This document shows, piece by piece, positions 18,119-28,330 of a stretch of 64,000 nucleotides of DNA. The notes under the pieces were generated by a model. That model saw nothing but the letters and a program-made list of their open reading frames with translations. It made no database searches and was not told where the DNA came from. The position numbers and the translations under genes were made by a program. The stretch comes from Candidatus Heimdallarchaeota archaeon (lineage in GTDB: Archaea > Asgardarchaeota > Heimdallarchaeia > JABLTI01), in contig JABCTZ010000011.1 of NCBI GenBank assembly GCA_018238155.1, positions 72,454-136,453 of the forward strand. The letters are read 5' to 3'. Position 1 is the stretch's first letter; each line of letters starts with the position of its first letter.

Positions 18119-18991
18119 TTACTTTGCATAAGTTACTATTATTAATACATTTAGCAGTACATGTCCTACTGATACGCCAAAGATATTTTCTGTTTCCATT
18201 ACTGTTATTCCTGTTAGCACTCCTGATACTATAATGAATATTATTGAATTGCCCACTCCAATATAATTTTGCAACCAGAAGAATTCTTGTATATGTCCAC
18301 CTAGCCAGGCAATATTTTGTAGAATGAATCCTAATATTTTCCCGCTTTTTATCTCCAGAGCTCCTTTAAACAGTTTCAGTGAACCTTTTGCTTGGCTAAA
18401 TTGTATTTGTATGAATGCTTTTGAATAGAATTCGAAAACAAGGACATTTATTGCAAAGAACGCTATTAGAGTCACCCACTCCCCTGGTCCAAAAAGAAAA
18501 TAACTTATCTGATTTACATTTGTCAAATATTTTTGTGAAAGTAGTATCCAAGGGTAAAATAGTCCTGCGTGCATTACACACCCTTGTATTAAGCTGCTTA
18601 TGACTTTCTTTGTAGACATTCCTTTTTTCGTTGCCAAAAAGAAATATTTTGCTTTGCCCGTTTTTATTTGAAAAACAGTTAAATAAATTATTGGGACCAC
18701 TACAAAACAAATTAATGCTAAAAAAACATGAAAATAATATTCGCTTCCAAACATCTCAAAATGTCCAAGATATTCTACTGGAAAATAAATGGCTAAAGCA
18801 ATTATTCCAACAATAATATTAGCGATCACTGCGTCTTTCAAGCTTAACTCATTCGTTTTATCTCCCTCAAAATAAAATTCCATCACTCGAGTAGATTTTA
18901 TTTGATGTGCAGTAACAGAAGTGTCTGTTTTTTTTTCCGACATTTGGTCTGTTCCTTTTTGACCCTTAGATATTTCTTCTGCTTTTGTCAT
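18119..18991 (-). CDS. CPBP (CAAX protease-like) intramembrane protein
   Basis: Multiple TM helices; FEFYSKA, WLGGH, GHVLLN motifs. Confidence 0.6.
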   Translation of the reverse strand: MTKAEEISKGQKGTDQMSEKKTDTSVTAHQIKSTRVMEFYFEGDKTNELSLKDAVIANIIVGIIALAIYFPVEYLGHFEMFGSEYYFHVFLALICFVVVPIIYLTVFQIKTGKAKYFFLATKKGMSTKKVISSLIQGCVMHAGLFYPWILLSQKYLTNVNQISYFLFGPGEWVTLIAFFAINVLVFEFYSKAFIQIQFSQAKGSLKLFKGALEIKSGKILGFILQNIAWLGGHIQEFFWLQNYIGVGNSIIFIIVSGVLTGITVMETENIFGVSVGHVLLNVLIIVTYAK

Positions 18992-19376
18992 AGAACAATT
19001 AACTACAATATGATTTAATTAAGCTTCCTTTTTCGAGTCATAATTCTCTATTGGCAAGAAGTGTTATTAAAAGCGAATATTGACTAATGTGTTTAATTTC
19101 TCTTTTTTCTTGCAATTGAAATAAATCTTGAAGGAATAATATATCCAAAAAACAAAATACTGGTAGGAAGAGAAATAGGTTTTGTTCCAGACGTGATGAC
19201 ATAATAACCAAAAAAATATAAGTACCATTGGAAATATTTCAATGTTGTTAAGTGATGTAGAAACACTCAGTACTACAATAAATGTTGATGTTTCTTTCAC
19301 TGACATGAAACAGCTGACTTGGAGAGGATAATTGCCTTAAAGAAGAGCTGGTTTGAAGCAAAGGTTGAGAAGTTAA

Positions 19377-20759
19377 ATGTCTAACGAAAACTCATTTGAT
19401 AGCACCCGCGGGATTATCTGCGATTTACATTGTCATTCTTCGTATGCTGGTGGCACTGGTAGTTTAGATTTACGTACTGCAGTAGAAAACATGCCAATGA
19501 AAGGCGTGCAATTAGTTGGTACAGGTGATTGTCTTTTTCAGCCATGGTTGAAAACTCTGAAAGAACAATTACATGATCCTGCTGAAACTGGTATTTTCGA
19601 ATTGAAAGATGCTTCAGAGCAAGACAGAGCTACTAAATTTGTTCTCCAAACTGAATTAGCTTTTACTGCTCCTATCGGAGTAAATAGGAAAGTAGTTCAT
19701 TGTGTTTTTCTCTGGCCAAGTTTTGATGTAGTTGATGAAGCAATTCAAGTGATAGAAAAAATGGGCGTAAAGAATTCTATGGGTCGTCCTTTTGTTACCA
19801 ATAATTCTATCGAGGAAGTTGGCTCGAAAATTAATACCATGTTGGACATCGATCCGTTAGTAGAATTTTTCCCAGCACATATTTTAGTTCCTTTAGGGAT
19901 TTATGGTCCAAAACCTTCCATAACACGTATGTCCGATTATTTTGGTGATGCTGCAGAGCGAATCCATGCTTTTGAAACCGGATTAAGCGCCGATCCAACA
20001 ATTACTGCTCTGATACCCGAATTAGATAAGCTTACTTTACTTTCAAATAGTGATGCGCACTCTGCAGCTCTAAATCGCCTTGGAAGAGAATTAACGAGTT
20101 TAGATATGAAAAAAATGACTTTTGCAGAATTAATTGATACTATTAGAAACAATCGAGTTTGTTATACAGCTGAATTTCATCCTTCTGAAGGACGTTATTT
20201 CCTAACAGGACATAGAGCGGGTGTAAACAACCACAAGGCTGACGAGTACTGTGTATTTTCTCCTGATACTGCACCCAAGGATATGATATGCCCGATTTGT
20301 GATTTAAGTTTGAAACCAGGCGTTCTTCAGAGAGCAATGGAATTAGCAAAAGCACAAGGCAGTGAAAGGGTCTATGGTACGATGTATGGTCCAAAAAGAA
20401 ACTTTTACCGAATGGTTCCACTTGTAGAAATTATTGCAAATGGTATTGGAATCAAGAGCCCAAACACAAAAAGTGTAAGAAAAATTTACGAATTAATAAT
20501 TGGAGCTATAGGCAATGAATGCAAATTATGGACCACTCCTCTTGCTGAACTAGAAGAGCTTCTCCAAAAATTAGTTGCTGAAAAAATAGCTAATGCAATC
20601 ATTCAAGTGCGTCAAGGGAATTTTTGCTTCGCCCCACCAGGATTCGATGGCAGCTATGGAGAACTAACTGTTGGAGCAACATCAGATTATTATGGAATTA
20701 AGATCATCAAAGGAGAAATAAAAAACAAAAAACAAAGAATCTTAGATGATTTTAGCTAG
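19377..20759 (+). CDS. endoQ: Endonuclease Q (PHP domain)
   Basis: DLHCHSSY, GTGD, ETGLSAD, SNSDAHS, LGRE, GRY..GHR, CPIC..GV..R, PGFDGSYG. Confidence 0.9.
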   Translation: MSNENSFDSTRGIICDLHCHSSYAGGTGSLDLRTAVENMPMKGVQLVGTGDCLFQPWLKTLKEQLHDPAETGIFELKDASEQDRATKFVLQTELAFTAPIGVNRKVVHCVFLWPSFDVVDEAIQVIEKMGVKNSMGRPFVTNNSIEEVGSKINTMLDIDPLVEFFPAHILVPLGIYGPKPSITRMSDYFGDAAERIHAFETGLSADPTITALIPELDKLTLLSNSDAHSAALNRLGRELTSLDMKKMTFAELIDTIRNNRVCYTAEFHPSEGRYFLTGHRAGVNNHKADEYCVFSPDTAPKDMICPICDLSLKPGVLQRAMELAKAQGSERVYGTMYGPKRNFYRMVPLVEIIANGIGIKSPNTKSVRKIYELIIGAIGNECKLWTTPLAELEELLQKLVAEKIANAIIQVRQGNFCFAPPGFDGSYGELTVGATSDYYGIKIIKGEIKNKKQRILDDFS

Positions 20760-22126
20760 TGAATATTTTTACTTATCTTAGCTAAAATATTTGGTAATCG
20801 TAATAGATATCTCTCTGCTGCTGAGTTAGTTGAATCTAGTGCTACAAAAAGAACTGACTTTTCTTTAATCTTCAATATAAGAATTTCTTTTCCACCCATC
20901 GCTAATTTCACAAATTCATTTGGTTTTTTTGTTGCAGTAAGGTTTAGTAATTTATTTATCTGTAGTCCTAAAACAGATTGCATCCAATCATTGATATCTG
21001 AAGTTCTCCTGCTTACAAAGAATTTACTTTCCGGACAAATTACTCCAACTAAGAAAATCTCTTTGTAAATATCCATCAAAGTATAGAGTTGATCTTCTTC
21101 TTTCTTCCATTTATTATCGTCATCACCAAATGATATTTTAGATGTTTGACGTTCTAGTTCACTTTTCTCGGATTCATTTTCTCCTTTAATTTCCCTCATT
21201 TCCATTGAAAGTTGACCAAGAATCTCATGTTCAGATGTGGTCTCCAAATTTTGAAGAATCTTTATTCCAGAAGTATCCCGTCGTAAACCTTCACATCTAT
21301 TCATCAATTTTGTAATAGTATTGGTTAACTTCTTTTCATTCGCTAGTCCTTTGATTACTTCAAAAACACAATAATAGTTGTCACTTTCACGGATAATAAA
21401 ACGATAACTTTGAGTACTAACTTCTTCCAGAGTGCCTGGATCAAGATTTTTCATCGATTTCTTAATGCCAATAATAAAATTAGAAAGTGTTTGGATATTG
21501 AAAATTGACTCTCCTCGATAAAATTCCGAATGAATCATTTGGTCGCTCTCTTTTGAAATGATAAATAACCCATCCACTCCTGCAAGTTTATCGACAATGT
21601 ATTTGATATCTCTACTCTTTTTAATATCTGATTCGAGTTTCTTATGAGCGTCAATATATCGTGCTTCTTTGGTGCGGAGCTTTACTAATCTACGACCAAA
21701 TTTCTCATATTCAGGTGTTTCAGTTAAATTTGAAATTAATAATGCGTTATCAATATCTGAATTACTTGCTCCCTCAAACCGAGAGATAATTTTCATAATA
21801 AAGGAATCGTAATTTTCTGTACTATTCTTTGTTTTTTCTATCCAAATAACATAAAAGAATTTTTCACGTAATTCAAAAATAAAGCTGGAATTTGAAGTGA
21901 CAATTGTTTTAATTTTCTCTGCACTAATAATTTCTGAGAGTGCTTGTAGACTTGAGAGAAGACCTGCTAGAAGGATTACATCTATTTTTTCTTCGGTTAA
22001 AAATTCGACATATTTTGGCAGCCCTGATTCTTCAATAACAACAAAACCTCTAACAGAATTATAAAATTCCTCTGCTAATTGTGTATCTTCTGTTTCTTGA
22101 GAAGTCAAGATAACTTTTACCCCCAA
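20756..22126 (-). CDS. Multi-longin/roadblock domain protein (Asgard eukaryotic-signature-like)
   Basis: Repeated GxxVIxxxG...LLxGLLxxLxxxS..IxxIxT..xxFIxE..xYVxx units; second copy at DGLFIISKES...; third degenerate unit at the C-terminus. Confidence 0.65.
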   Translation of the reverse strand: MGVKVILTSQETEDTQLAEEFYNSVRGFVVIEESGLPKYVEFLTEEKIDVILLAGLLSSLQALSEIISAEKIKTIVTSNSSFIFELREKFFYVIWIEKTKNSTENYDSFIMKIISRFEGASNSDIDNALLISNLTETPEYEKFGRRLVKLRTKEARYIDAHKKLESDIKKSRDIKYIVDKLAGVDGLFIISKESDQMIHSEFYRGESIFNIQTLSNFIIGIKKSMKNLDPGTLEEVSTQSYRFIIRESDNYYCVFEVIKGLANEKKLTNTITKLMNRCEGLRRDTSGIKILQNLETTSEHEILGQLSMEMREIKGENESEKSELERQTSKISFGDDDNKWKKEEDQLYTLMDIYKEIFLVGVICPESKFFVSRRTSDINDWMQSVLGLQINKLLNLTATKKPNEFVKLAMGGKEILILKIKEKSVLFVALDSTNSAAERYLLRLPNILAKISKNIH

Positions 22127-22337
22127 ATGATTCGTTGTAAATATTGAGTTGTAAAGACTTTTCTAACCAATACACCTTCAGTAGTCGATATTAAAAACTC
22201 AACCTTTGAGGCAAAAACTAGTGAAATGTTAGATTTAATTTTGATTAATTTTCAATCAAAAAGAAAAAGCTTCATCATATTTATTAATTGAAATCTATTT
22301 CAATGTTACATGAACGGTATAAAGGACTATTTTTAAA

Positions 22338-23474
22338 ATGACCGGTAAAATTGACATCACCGAATTGCTGAAAAAGTGTGTCCAATGTGGTTCATGCATA
22401 TTAATCTGCCCAATTTATAGAGCAACTGGCCAAGAGGTTTTTTCACCTCGAGGAAAGCTATACTATTTGAAATTAAAAGATGCCTTACCAGAGAAATTCG
22501 ATGATGGAGAGTTAGCCAAGGATTATGCTTCCACTATTTTCACCTGTGCTTTTTGCGGACGCTGTGTTGAAACTTGTTCCTCCGAAGTAAAGTTAACAGA
22601 TATCTTTAGGGAACAAAGAAAGGATACTGTAAAGCTCTTTCCTAAATTAATGCAAATTGAAGAAAATATTAACGATGAAATGAATGTTTATGGGCTAGAC
22701 AATGAAATGAGGTCAGAATCTTGGACTATGGAGCTCGAAGATGATTTCCCTGATATAGAGGATAAAATCTATAGTAAAGGTAAAACATCTGATATAGTCT
22801 TTTTCGTTGGTTGTTTAATGTCATTTAGAAGTAGACATACAAACGTATTGAAATCCATTTTCAAAGTAATGAAGTATATAGATGAAGATTATCTTGTTCT
22901 TGGAGGAGAAGAATTCTGTTGTGGGCATCCACTTGATCTTCTTGGAAAAGTAGAGGAAGCAGATGAATTGAGGGCACACAACACAGAGGTCTTCAACAAA
23001 ATAAAAGCAAAAACGATTGTTACAGATTGTCCTGGTTGTTTAGAAGCTTTAAGAGATCATCATAAAATCGATTCTTCTGTGAGAATTTTACATTTAACGG
23101 AATATTTTGATGAGAAAATCGATTCAGTTCCCAAGAAATTGAACATCAAACTCAAATATCATGATCCATGTGAATTATTTAGAAATAACAAAGTAATTCA
23201 AGCGCCTAGGAATTTAATGAAAAAGATAGGCATTGAAGTAATTGAAATGGAACCATCTTGTTGTGGAGGTGGAGGAATGTTACGTGTTACAAATAATGAA
23301 ATAGCACAAGATATTATTGATCAAAGGATAGTCAAAGAGAAACTCAAAGAGGAAGATATTTGTGTTGTGACTTGTTGTCCTTCCTGCCTCGAGCAATTTG
23401 AACAAAGTGGCATAACAACGTGGGACATCGTAGAACATCTTGCCCAAGCGATTTCAACTGAGGAGGAGAAATAA
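22338..23474 (+). CDS. (Fe-S)-binding protein, GlpC/GlcF/HdrD family
   Basis: Two CxxCxxCxxxC ferredoxin motifs and two CCG domains. Confidence 0.9.
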   Translation: MTGKIDITELLKKCVQCGSCILICPIYRATGQEVFSPRGKLYYLKLKDALPEKFDDGELAKDYASTIFTCAFCGRCVETCSSEVKLTDIFREQRKDTVKLFPKLMQIEENINDEMNVYGLDNEMRSESWTMELEDDFPDIEDKIYSKGKTSDIVFFVGCLMSFRSRHTNVLKSIFKVMKYIDEDYLVLGGEEFCCGHPLDLLGKVEEADELRAHNTEVFNKIKAKTIVTDCPGCLEALRDHHKIDSSVRILHLTEYFDEKIDSVPKKLNIKLKYHDPCELFRNNKVIQAPRNLMKKIGIEVIEMEPSCCGGGGMLRVTNNEIAQDIIDQRIVKEKLKEEDICVVTCCPSCLEQFEQSGITTWDIVEHLAQAISTEEEK

Positions 23475-23475
23475 A

Positions 23476-24873
23476 ATGGAAAAATTACGTCGAATAATTA
23501 TCGGTTCAAATGCATCTATTTTTCAGAAGATTGATCCCGATTCAAACATAGCAGTCTTTTCACCAACAAATGAATCTGAAATAAATGAGGCAATCACTTT
23601 TGCTCGAGAGAACAATTTACCTATTACAACTAAAGGTGGTGGTTCAGGTTTAAGTGGTGCTTGTACAGGTGCTTCGAGGAAGAAAGTAGTTATTAGTGCT
23701 ATGCGATTGAAAAAAGTGCTTGAACTGAATTTTGAGGATGGATATGCAGTTGTTGAGCCCGGAATCACTCCAGATGAATTAAATGAGATAATTCAAAAAC
23801 AAAAAGCAAATTGGAAATTTTTCATTGCTCCCTCGAGTAGAGACATCGCCACTTTAGGAGGAATTCTAAGCACAGATGGTGGGGGAAATGATGCTTGGTT
23901 AGCGGGAACAATGATTGATAATGTTCTTGCTGTTGAGTTAATCGATTACAATAACAACAAAATCATCATAGATCAGCTTGAGGGTCAAAAAGACAAGCTC
24001 AAAGTAAAAATATCTTCTGAAAATAAAGAACTAGAGAAGAAATTACAAGAAACACATTTTTCACTGATGGATATTGCGGGATCTCACGGAGTGCTTGGTT
24101 TTATTTCTAAAATCAAAGTTGAAATTAAGGCATTACCCGATACTGGAAAACCAAGTTATGCTTTTGTTCATTGTGATAACCTAGATGCATTCGGAAAAGT
24201 GATTTATGATTTAATTGAAAATGATATTCCATTAACATATGGTGAAAGTATCATACAAGCAGAACATCCTGATATCGCTACTAAAACAAATCCTCCAATG
24301 TTTATCTTTGAATATCCTCAAAAATACAATGATAAAATGATTGAGATAATTAAAAACATCTCCTCCTCCACTTTTTCTGAAGTAGATTTGAAAGAATTTG
24401 AAATGATAAAGGATGTACGAATAAAAATGGCTAAAAGAAATCCTCCCGAAGGATATCAAATCGCTCTATTCGAAGGATATGGGATATATGGTGAAAATCT
24501 CTTAAGATTTGAAGAAATGATTAAGGAAATCAATAAAACATTAGGAAAATACCATTTCTTACCCTTTATTAAATTCGGTCATGCACCATCTTTATGGCAT
24601 GTTGGAAATGAAAAAATAAAAGGAATTATTATGCATTCACGTGAAATTCGTCCGACGAATTTTACTCGAGATTTAGTTTTTGATGGTATTGTAGATTTAG
24701 TGAAAACGTGTGAAAGACTCGGAATAACACCAAAACCAGAACATAAATGGCCATTCTCAAAAACAACCGTAAAGCATAAAAGACTCTCAGAATTAACAAA
24801 AGTTCTGGGAACCAATTTCAATCCATTTTTGTTGGATTGTACATTAAAAGAACTATCAGGAATGGTATTCTAA
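23476..24873 (+). CDS. FAD-binding oxidoreductase, GlcD/D-lactate dehydrogenase family
   Basis: GGGSGLSG, VEPGIT, PSS..ATLGG, GSHGVLG, EH near the C-terminus; GGAGG RBS before ATG 23476. Confidence 0.88.
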   Translation: MEKLRRIIIGSNASIFQKIDPDSNIAVFSPTNESEINEAITFARENNLPITTKGGGSGLSGACTGASRKKVVISAMRLKKVLELNFEDGYAVVEPGITPDELNEIIQKQKANWKFFIAPSSRDIATLGGILSTDGGGNDAWLAGTMIDNVLAVELIDYNNNKIIIDQLEGQKDKLKVKISSENKELEKKLQETHFSLMDIAGSHGVLGFISKIKVEIKALPDTGKPSYAFVHCDNLDAFGKVIYDLIENDIPLTYGESIIQAEHPDIATKTNPPMFIFEYPQKYNDKMIEIIKNISSSTFSEVDLKEFEMIKDVRIKMAKRNPPEGYQIALFEGYGIYGENLLRFEEMIKEINKTLGKYHFLPFIKFGHAPSLWHVGNEKIKGIIMHSREIRPTNFTRDLVFDGIVDLVKTCERLGITPKPEHKWPFSKTTVKHKRLSELTKVLGTNFNPFLLDCTLKELSGMVF

Positions 24874-25190
24874 GTTTGAATTTACCGAATAAGCCCTAAC
24901 TACAAATTCGGTATTTCTTCTGACTTAATTTTTCTTTAGGTATTTTTAAAATAATGTTTTTAGAATTAAATTTGAAATAGTTATTATTGATATGTATCAA
25001 AACCTGAGGAGGTCTATTTTTAGTTTTAGGTATCATATACCAATGCTCGAAAATGTTTTTGGACCTATGCTTGCTTTGATATTAATTAAAAGACAAGTTT
25101 AGTTCATTACTCAAATGCTTTGATCATAATTTCATCTACAAATTTGTTAAAAAAATGCTTTAGTAAAAATAAGATTTTTTTTAAAAACTA

Positions 25191-25637
25191 TTATTTTTTG
25201 AAAAAATCCAAAACGATATTTACTGCTTCAACAACAAATTTAGGGCAATTCTCTTTATACCTTCCTTCTTCTGAAGCTCTTTGTTTTGCATCAGGATCAT
25301 TTGGATCTATACCTATTAATCCATAACAAGTGCTATGCCTGAATTTCTCTTGGAAGATTTTATAAAATTCAATTGTATCATCTCTAGTCTTCATTTTTAC
25401 ATCGATGATATCATCAAAAAGCTGCCCGTTCAAAACTCCGATTGCCATAATTGCACCTGAAACAACTCCACATATCTCTCCTCTTCCAACTATACCCCCA
25501 CCATAAGAGGCTGTAACAAAAGGCGCTTGATCAAAATAGGCTCCTTTTTCTTCCAAAATAGTTCTCAGAACAGCTTGAGAGCAATTATAGTCTCCCTTAA
25601 AATATTTCAATGCTTTTTCTTCTATTTCATTATACAA
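25191..25637 (-). CDS. C_GCAxxG_C_C family redox-active protein
   Basis: YNCSQAV, GGG..GEICGVVSG, STC, NC. Confidence 0.88.
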   Translation of the reverse strand: MYNEIEEKALKYFKGDYNCSQAVLRTILEEKGAYFDQAPFVTASYGGGIVGRGEICGVVSGAIMAIGVLNGQLFDDIIDVKMKTRDDTIEFYKIFQEKFRHSTCYGLIGIDPNDPDAKQRASEEGRYKENCPKFVVEAVNIVLDFFKK

Positions 25638-25861
25638 AATAACTTCCTCACTTAAAGATTAATTTGAAATCAATTATCTTGTATATTTCCTAAATAAAAA
25701 ACTACTGAATACTAGAACAATAGTTCATATTGGTATATTTATTTTTAGTGTTTTCTTCACCGAATGAAATAGTTCTAATTATCGGGTTAGATCGTTTACT
25801 AGATTTAAACCCGAATCTTTGTTTTGTCGAAAATGTAATATTGCTTCAATACTAAAATAGT

Positions 25862-27007
25862 GTGGAGCTTCCTATGTGGTTTCTACATCGTCCTGATGCT
25901 GCGAATGTTTGGAAAAATGACGCCGTATGTAATCGTTACTCGAGATACAAAGGCATACTAGATGGCACTAAAATACCTCGCTATCTTATAGCGAAAAAAT
26001 TAGTCGTTAATATTTCATTTGAAGAACCATTGGAAAAATTATGGCTTGCTCATGAACAAGCTTCAAAAGAATTCATAGAGCTCCTTAGGAAAATCGATTC
26101 TGAAGAAATTTTACTAAATGAACTATCATCTCCTGAAAAATCATTTCTTGATTTGAAAGAAAAGATAGCTTGTAAAATATTAGAATCTTGTCATTTTTGT
26201 GAACGGCGTTGCGGGGTAAATAGAGCACAAGGAAAAATTGGATTCTGTAGATTGGGAAAGGATAGCTATATTTCTTCTGCTTTTGCTCACACAGGTGAAG
26301 AGTCAGTGTTAGTTCCAAGTGGAACGATATTCTTCACTGGTTGTACATTCACTTGTGTTTTTTGTCAAAATTCTGATATTTCTCAAGAATGGGGTGATGT
26401 TATAGACAACAAAGTTTCAGAAGGTGTAAAAGTGACCTCTAAACAAGTTGCTTTAATGGCTGAAAAATTATGGAAAGATGGAGTGAGAAATATTAATTTC
26501 GTTGGTGGAGACCCTACACCTAATTTGCATACAATTATTTCCGCTCTGAAACAATTTGAAAGAAATATTACTATTCTTTGGAATTCCAATATGTATCAAT
26601 CTTTAGAAGCAACGAAATTATTACTTGAATTAATGGATTTTTGGTTACCTGATTTCAAATTCTGGGAAAATGATTTTGCTAAACAAATGTCAGGAGTAAA
26701 TAATTATCGAGAAATTATTACTAGAAATATCAAGTTAGCTTATGCTGAGGGTTCTGGAGAAATTCTTATTCGGCATCTAATTATGCCTGGGAGAGTAGAA
26801 CAAGATACATTTCCGATTTTAGATTGGTGTGCAAAAGATATTCCAAAAGCAATGATTAATCTAATGGATCAATATCGTCCCGAATATCTTGTCAGAAGAA
26901 CACCGAATATCTATCGTTCAATAAACCAAAGAATTTCCACTATTGAATGGCAAAAAGCAACTGAAAAAGCAGATGCATTGGATCTACTTTGGAAACCTGT
27001 TTCATGA
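25862..27007 (+). CDS. Radical SAM protein, PflX-like
   Basis: CHFCERRCGVNR, SGTIFFTGCTFTCVFCQN, NINFVGGDPTP. Confidence 0.9.
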   Translation: MELPMWFLHRPDAANVWKNDAVCNRYSRYKGILDGTKIPRYLIAKKLVVNISFEEPLEKLWLAHEQASKEFIELLRKIDSEEILLNELSSPEKSFLDLKEKIACKILESCHFCERRCGVNRAQGKIGFCRLGKDSYISSAFAHTGEESVLVPSGTIFFTGCTFTCVFCQNSDISQEWGDVIDNKVSEGVKVTSKQVALMAEKLWKDGVRNINFVGGDPTPNLHTIISALKQFERNITILWNSNMYQSLEATKLLLELMDFWLPDFKFWENDFAKQMSGVNNYREIITRNIKLAYAEGSGEILIRHLIMPGRVEQDTFPILDWCAKDIPKAMINLMDQYRPEYLVRRTPNIYRSINQRISTIEWQKATEKADALDLLWKPVS

Positions 27008-27052
27008 AAAATTACTTGCTTTGCAAATAAAAAAATTGATTAGCAAGCAGAA

Positions 27053-27526
27053 TTAATCTCTGCTAGCTTTTGTTCCATAAACTCTTGATTGTCTTGTATT
27101 ATACCAGAAGGCAATGAATATTATTAGTACTAATCCCACTATTTGACAAAGTGCATATTGCTCTACCGGATTTAGTATAGTGAAAAGGTCAACACCATTT
27201 AGAATAGCAAACGTAATGTAATAACACAGATAATAAACAATAGTTATTGCTGTTGCGGATATGAACGGTGCTCTATAATCTTTGATATCATAGCTTCTTA
27301 ATCGCACAAGAAGAGCTTCATATAAAATGATTTCTGCGTTAGCAATAATGAATACTGCTGCAATAGTAATGGTAATATATGCTGCCAGATATTCACTTTC
27401 TATTACATTGAGAATCTCTCGTGCGTGATAAATAATCGGCATTTGTGTTAATAAAGCGAACCCTGCTAGTATAGCTAAGACACCTAAGGGTTTTCCAAGT
27501 TTCCATTGAATATTAAGATTTGACAT
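27053..27526 (-). CDS. Hypothetical 4-TM membrane protein
   Basis: Four hydrophobic segments; likely start MSNLNIQ at 27526. Confidence 0.65.
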   Translation of the reverse strand: MSNLNIQWKLGKPLGVLAILAGFALLTQMPIIYHAREILNVIESEYLAAYITITIAAVFIIANAEIILYEALLVRLRSYDIKDYRAPFISATAITIVYYLCYYITFAILNGVDLFTILNPVEQYALCQIVGLVLIIFIAFWYNTRQSRVYGTKASRD

Positions 27527-27661
27527 TCTACAGACCTTTCGTATATGTTGTTCAAAGTTTGAAGTATCAAATATTCGATACATAATGAATTATACTTTCG
27601 GTTTTTCTTCTACACATTAAAAATTGTTTCGGAAAAACTCAAATTTTCCCTTTAAATTATC

Positions 27662-28285
27662 CTATTTTGAAAGTTTAATATATCGTTCAAACTCTTCTAC
27701 TCCGCCATCACGAAGCCTTTGACGAATTAAATCTCTCAGAGAATCTAAATTGGTCCCTCGTTTTGCACTAACAAAGAGAAATGATTCTTGGAGTTGCTTG
27801 GATAATCGGTTGAAATTTACCGAGTCCTTAAAATATTCCATTGCTTGATCTGCTTCGTGCTTATAGATTTTGTCAATTTTATTCAAGACAACAATAGGCT
27901 TAATTTTGTTCGATAGTAAGAATTGATATAATTCTTGATCAATAGGAATGATCCCCTTTTTTGAAAGGCGTTTAGAAACATCAATCAAACTTTTAGCATC
28001 AATTACTAGAACACAAGCCGGTATTCGAAAACTATTCTCTTCAAAATAATCAACGATTTCTTGTTTTACTCTTTCTTCAAATTCTTTAGTTCTACTATGA
28101 ACTTTACCCCAACCTGGGACATCAACAACTTTGAATTTCTTAGAGAGATTATATTCATTTATACGTCTGGTAGAACCGGGCTTCTTTCCAATAGTAGGAT
28201 TGACTGCAGTTAATTTTCCAATTAACGAACTCTTACCAGCATTTGGTCTTCCTACGAAAATAAGTAACCAAGCAAAAGCTTCCAT
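27662..28285 (-). CDS. engB: GTP-binding protein EngB (archaeal)
   Basis: GRPNAGKSS, KPGST, DVPGWG, NKIDK, SAK; IPID.E archaeal signature. Confidence 0.9.
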   Translation of the reverse strand: MEAFAWLLIFVGRPNAGKSSLIGKLTAVNPTIGKKPGSTRRINEYNLSKKFKVVDVPGWGKVHSRTKEFEERVKQEIVDYFEENSFRIPACVLVIDAKSLIDVSKRLSKKGIIPIDQELYQFLLSNKIKPIVVLNKIDKIYKHEADQAMEYFKDSVNFNRLSKQLQESFLFVSAKRGTNLDSLRDLIRQRLRDGGVEEFERYIKLSK

Positions 28286-28330
28286 ATAGTAACAGAGAAA
28301 CTACGATAGATATGTCTTTTCTCTCGAGTG

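Noticed and set aside
19067-19306. 79-aa minus-strand ORF
   Set aside because: No recognisable domain; an overlapping frame resembles a TM + basic tail remnant, so probably a decayed fragment
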